Shown in pieces: positions 28,541 to 32,000 of a DNA stretch of 32,000 nt. The notes beneath the pieces are model-generated. The model was given only the letters and a program-made list of their open reading frames with translations. It made no database searches and was not told the origin of the DNA. Positions within the stretch are counted from its first letter, which is position 1, and each line of letters starts with the position of its first letter. The stretch is from Candidatus Saccharimonadota bacterium (GTDB lineage: Bacteria > Patescibacteriota > Patescibacteriia > 2-12-FULL-60-25), in NCBI GenBank assembly GCA_023898425.1, contig CP060222.1, forward strand, positions 150,001-182,000, given 5' to 3'. The translations under genes were made by a program, and so were the position numbers.

Positions 28541-28571
28541 TTGACATTGACGTAACGTCAAGGTTTATGCT
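28541..28571 (+). promoter_or_regulatory. MerR-type promoter with a 19-nt spacer containing a perfect palindrome
   Basis: TTGACA (28541-28546), 19-nt spacer holding TTGACGT-A-ACGTCAA, then TATGCT (28566-28571). Outer arms CCTTGAC/GTCAAGG. Confidence 0.65.
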
Positions 28572-28585
28572 AGTCCATGGTTATG

Positions 28586-29347
28586 ATGTATACCGTAAAC
28601 CAATTGGCAGAAAAAGCCGGCATTACACCAAGAGCCTTGCGTCACTATGATCGCATTGGCCTCTTGAAGCCTGCCGAAATCGCCAAGAACGGTTATCGCC
28701 AGTACAGCGAAAATGAATTGATCCGTCTGCAGCAGATCTTATTTTTTCGCGAACTCGATTTTCCGCTCGAAGAGATTCAGAAGATGATTGATCATCCTCG
28801 TTTTGATCTCGCAGACGCCTTTCGTTATCAGCGTGGCTTGCTAGAGCTAAAGCGCAAACGATTAGGTGCAATTATTAAATCTATCGACACTACTCTTACA
28901 TCTATGCAAGATGATAACATTACTGACCAAGAACGTGATCTTTACGGATCGCTTTCTGATGAGGAAATCAGACAATATAAAAATGAAGCAAAAGCCCGAT
29001 GGGGCGGCACGGATGCTTATAAACAATCGCAAGAACGCTATGCAAAATTCTCTAAAGAAGAGATTGCTGAAATAAAAGAAGCGGGCGAAGTACTTTGTCG
29101 TGAGTTAGCCGATGCCGTTGAACGCGGTATTGCGCCAGAAAGCGATGAATTTCAGGCGCTTGTCCAAAGGCATTTTGAAGGTATCAATGTTTTCTACGAT
29201 TGTTCGATGGAGATCTATCGTGGTCTTGCTGATATGTATTTACAAGACGAACGTTTTGCTGATTACTATCGCAAATTCCATCAACATCTTCCTGAAAAAC
29301 TTGTTGAAGGTATGCGTTTTTATGCTGATAAAAAAGAAGGTAAATAA
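28586..29347 (+). CDS. MerR-family regulator with a TipAS-type C-terminal effector domain (Mta/TipAL-like)
   Basis: MYTVNQLAEKAGITPRALRHYDRIGLL HTH. C-terminal ...YRGLADMYLQDERFADYY. ATGs at 28577 and 28583 are alternative starts. Confidence 0.88.
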   Translation: MYTVNQLAEKAGITPRALRHYDRIGLLKPAEIAKNGYRQYSENELIRLQQILFFRELDFPLEEIQKMIDHPRFDLADAFRYQRGLLELKRKRLGAIIKSIDTTLTSMQDDNITDQERDLYGSLSDEEIRQYKNEAKARWGGTDAYKQSQERYAKFSKEEIAEIKEAGEVLCRELADAVERGIAPESDEFQALVQRHFEGINVFYDCSMEIYRGLADMYLQDERFADYYRKFHQHLPEKLVEGMRFYADKKEGK

Positions 29348-29357
29348 CGTGATGAAC

Positions 29358-29392
29358 AAAATACCACACCGATTTATTCGGTGTGGTTTTTA
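29358..29392. terminator. Terminator between convergent genes
   Basis: accacaccg-atttatt-cggtgtggt followed by ttttt. Confidence 0.8.
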
Positions 29393-29398
29393 GCAGGG

Positions 29399-29908
29399 CT
29401 AGCTCTTGAGAGAATTGAAAGCCGAGTAACAAGTATCTGTAAGGTCGGAGTTGATGCGTAGAGCAGGAGCCTCAGTATCTATCATATCCTTTATGTACTT
29501 TTCTCCTGAAAATCCAGTTTCTACGCCGATCGCAATACGCGCTCCTTGGTTGAGAAAGCGTTCAAATACACGCCCCCACTCGATGCGTGTTGTTTGGGCG
29601 TAACTTCGTCGACAATCATGTGATGCCTCGCGTGACATCCAAAACAGTACAACGCCGTATTTGCAGGCATGATTCAAGTGTAGACGCTCCCAATCGACTT
29701 GCGCTTTGTAGTCGCCGTGCCACGGATCAGATCCTCGAGGGTTAGCGATAGTCGGTTGTGGCTTCATAGCCAAGAAAATACTGATAGCCTCCGCCTGCCA
29801 ATTTGGCGCATTTTTGATAGGACCAGCCAAAAATATTAGGGGAGTTGTGCCGAGATTTTGGCGATAAGAAGGTACGGTAATAACAGGTGAGTCCGGAACC
29901 GTGAACAT
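29399..29908 (-). CDS. Nucleoside 2-deoxyribosyltransferase-like protein
   Basis: LIFLAGPIKNAPNWQ, QVDWE and VVLFWMS...TTRIEWG match my recollection of the Nuc_deoxyri_tr2 family. aaggag RBS. Confidence 0.55.
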   Translation of the reverse strand: MFTVPDSPVITVPSYRQNLGTTPLIFLAGPIKNAPNWQAEAISIFLAMKPQPTIANPRGSDPWHGDYKAQVDWERLHLNHACKYGVVLFWMSREASHDCRRSYAQTTRIEWGRVFERFLNQGARIAIGVETGFSGEKYIKDMIDTEAPALRINSDLTDTCYSAFNSLKS

Positions 29909-29944
29909 CAGAATTCTCCTTTAGTAAGAGTATCTTTCGTTAGC

Positions 29945-30505
29945 TTAAAGATGCTTATCAATTAAATCAAGAACATCTCCTTTACCCAAGGTCTTTGTGC
30001 TTGAATGCATAACGACATTGAGTCCGGCATAACTTGCCTCAAGCTCTTTTCTTAGTTTTAGTTTTTCTGAGTGCGTAAGTTTATCCACCTTGTTCGCGAT
30101 AATCGCAAATGGAATTTTCTCGGCTTGTAAAAACGAAAGCATTTGTTGATCGAGTTCGGTTGGACCGAGTCGCGCATCGATAATCACAAAGACCAGTTTG
30201 AGGAGGGGATTGTTTTCGAGATAGCCACCAATCATGTCATCAAAAAAGTAGCCTGCGGTTTTTCGGCCCTTGGCATAGCCATAGCCTGGGAGGTCAATCA
30301 AAAAATAGCGTTTGTCGACATCAAAGACATTAATCGTGCGCGTACGTCCTGGGGTAGAGCTTGAGTGCGCTAATTGCTTTTGACCAGCGAGGTGGTTGAT
30401 AAGTGAGGACTTGCCAACGTTAGAACGACCAATAAAGGCAATTTGTGGTTTATTGCCTTTTGGGAGGTGTTCGGTGGTGGTGCCACTTTTGACAAACGTA
30501 ATCAT
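29945..30505 (-). CDS. engB: Ribosome-biogenesis GTPase EngB/YsxC
   Basis: GRSNVGKSSLIN (G1), DLPGYGYA (G3) and NKVDK (G4). Confidence 0.9.
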   Translation of the reverse strand: MITFVKSGTTTEHLPKGNKPQIAFIGRSNVGKSSLINHLAGQKQLAHSSSTPGRTRTINVFDVDKRYFLIDLPGYGYAKGRKTAGYFFDDMIGGYLENNPLLKLVFVIIDARLGPTELDQQMLSFLQAEKIPFAIIANKVDKLTHSEKLKLRKELEASYAGLNVVMHSSTKTLGKGDVLDLIDKHL

Positions 30506-30673
30506 GAGGGCAGGCTAGCAGTTATTGAGCAAAAGGACAAAAAAGTAGCCACAAACAGGGTTCGAGGCTACTTAGATAGTCGGAAAAGAGCAAAATAGTT
30601 CGTGCTATTTCGTTAACGCGCGTTCGGACGAGTAGGCAGCGTACGTAGCAAAATAATATCTTCTGGTAGGTAG

Positions 30674-30891
30674 AGATTATGCGTTTTTGCAGGTCATATC
30701 GAAGGCTCTATTTTACTACCAATGGGGGAGTTAGGGGCGAAAATTGATGATTTGCAAAAGAAAAAGACCAGCTCATTGTTTTGCACTGTGCCGCAGGGCG
30801 AAGATCTGCATTGTCCGCAGAAGATCTACAAAATATGGGCTATACGAACGTCAAAAGTCTTGAGGGTGGTTTTAATGCCTGGCATGAGTAA
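30674..30891 (+). pseudogene. Rhodanese-domain remnant (C-terminal two thirds), frameshifted and lacking a start codon
   Basis: FAGHIEGSILLPMGELGAKIDDLQK in one frame continues as EKDQLIVLHCAAGRRSALSAEDLQNMGYTNVKSLEGGFNAWHE* in another. The shift is at aaaa 30756-30759. Stops lie upstream in all frames. Confidence 0.55.
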
Positions 30892-30944
30892 TAGGTTGAT
30901 TTATTGTTGGTGATAGGCTATTCTCATCCGGCAAAAGAACAGAT

Positions 30945-31020
30945 AGGGGCGTCGTATAATGGTAGTACATCGGTCTCCAAAACCGCTAGCGCGGGTTCGA
31001 TTCCTCCCTCCGCCCTGCCA
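30945..31020 (+). tRNA. tRNA-Trp (anticodon CCA), with non-canonical pairing in the 3' half by manual folding
   Basis: The 5' half AGGGGCG-TC-GTAT-AATGGTA-GTAC and anticodon loop CTCCAAA match bacterial tRNA-Trp. GGTTCGATTCC T-loop. Ends GCCA. 76 nt. Confidence 0.75.
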
Positions 31021-31023
31021 AAA

Positions 31024-31053
31024 AAATCCACGGATTTGTCCGTGGATTTTTTG
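31024..31053 (+). terminator. Rho-independent terminator after tRNA-Trp
   Basis: atccacgg-atttgt-ccgtggat followed by tttttg. Confidence 0.8.
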
Positions 31054-31137
31054 TGTGGGTTTTTACGATGATTCAGGGTCTAGACCATGACTCTATGTTG
31101 TCGCCAAATATTGTTTACGGTTGTATAGTAATCTTAT

Positions 31138-31458
31138 ATGAATAAATCTATTGCGACTCTTGCTGGACTTAATGCCACGGGCACTACGCTTTATATCGCG
31201 CTTGTTGCGGTGTTTCTTTCTCATGCATCTCAGGTATTTGGATCAAAGGCAGAAGGCACCGTGATTATTCCGGTTGCGATGCTGCTTTTGTTTGTGCTCT
31301 CAGCTTCAGTCACGGGCTCGCTTATCTTGGGTCGACCTATTCTTTGGTATCTTGATGGCAAAAAGAAAGAGGCTGTTTCACTACTGATGGCGACAATAGG
31401 TTTTTTGTTTGGTTTTACCGTTTTTGCTTTTGCAATTCTCGCTTGGATGTCAAGATAG
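31138..31458 (+). CDS. Hypothetical three-TM membrane protein
   Basis: 106-aa ORF with three hydrophobic segments. Confidence 0.5.
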   Translation: MNKSIATLAGLNATGTTLYIALVAVFLSHASQVFGSKAEGTVIIPVAMLLLFVLSASVTGSLILGRPILWYLDGKKKEAVSLLMATIGFLFGFTVFAFAILAWMSR

Positions 31459-31461
31459 CGT

Positions 31462-31668
31462 ATGAATAAAATTCTAAAGCTCGTGAGACAATTTTCGATC
31501 GCCTTAGGAATACTCCTTATTTGGCGAGGGCTATGGTATGCGCTCGACTATGTCGACAAGATTTTCTTTAACGGTAATAGTTTTTTTACCGTCGTTGGAG
31601 GTATTATTATCGGTATACTTATTCTCTATCTCCCTGATGGTGACTTAAAAGAGTTAGGTAAACTATAA
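31462..31668 (+). CDS. Hypothetical two-TM small membrane protein
   Basis: 68-aa ORF starting 3 nt after the previous stop. Two hydrophobic segments. Confidence 0.45.
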   Translation: MNKILKLVRQFSIALGILLIWRGLWYALDYVDKIFFNGNSFFTVVGGIIIGILILYLPDGDLKELGKL

Positions 31669-31791
31669 GACATTGCTTGATGATGCTCTGCGCTAATAAT
31701 TACCATAGGATTACTCGAGAGGGTGATTTTCGTATGATAGAGAAAAGCGTACTCCTTTAATTATGTATTAACCCGTGATAGTGTCCCTGAA

Positions 31792-32000
31792 ATGAAAGTT
31801 GCGATTATTGGCGGGGGAGCTGCAGGGCTTATGGCGGCAGCGGCGTTGATGGAGACGAATCCTTCAGCGGATATTTGGTTGATTGAAAAAAATAATGGGT
31901 TAGGCAAGAAGGTGATTATTTCTGGTGGAGGACGATGCAATGTCACAACAGGTATTCGCGATATTCGAACGGTTCTTACAAAATATCCTCGTGGGACAAA
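31792..32000 (+). CDS. HI0933/BaiN-family FAD-dependent oxidoreductase, N-terminal part (runs off the window)
   Basis: [16 protein letters not shown]...[21 protein letters not shown]. It is not in the ORF track because no stop codon falls within the window. Confidence 0.8.
   Translation, partial: MKVAIIGGGAAGLMAAAALMETNPSADIWLIEKNNGLGKKVIISGGGRCNVTTGIRDIRTVLTKYPRGT

Noticed and set aside
31761-31946. 61-aa minus-strand ORF.
   Set aside because: It is antisense to the clear GxGxxG flavoprotein gene that starts at 31792 on the plus strand.

Overview
The window looks like a small-genome, CPR/Patescibacteria-like bacterium. It is AT-leaning by eye, uses the standard genetic code with RF2 present, and is densely packed with housekeeping genes. 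The evidence for the lineage is a divergent 16S rRNA gene (8054-9556) that is a stand-alone transcription unit with no tRNA spacer and no 23S downstream.

Recognisable content:
- map (5' truncated).
- A tight three-glycosylase base-excision-repair operon (mutM, alkD-like, ung).
- prfB and rsmA.
- 16S rRNA, and tRNA-Val(GAC), tRNA-Gln(CTG) and tRNA-Trp(CCA).
- A ZIP metal transporter, a DEAD-box helicase and an M3 oligopeptidase.
- An ECF sigma / membrane-protein / secreted-protein module.
- A MarR regulator divergent from a 14-TMS MFS pump.
- A MerR/TipA-type regulator with a textbook 19-bp-spacer palindromic promoter, next to two convergent FAD oxidoreductases.
- engB, and the start of a HI0933-type flavoprotein at the right edge.

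Most interesting observations:
1. The MFS pump carries a C-terminal domain that, by eye, resembles a catalytically degenerate IS200/IS605 (Y1/HUH) transposase.
2. A visibly AT-richer gene encodes an Rx4H (HEPN-like) protein followed by a small zinc-ribbon protein.
3. A roughly 53-aa GEAWY...GLGI repeat is shared by two secreted proteins.
4. At least six genes are interrupted by single-base frameshifts, nearly all at homopolymer runs. This more likely reflects consensus or assembly error than real pseudogenisation, and it changes how several ORFs should be read.

No CRISPR array, intact mobile element or obvious multi-gene defence island was found. All homology calls come from motif recognition by eye. 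No database search was run.
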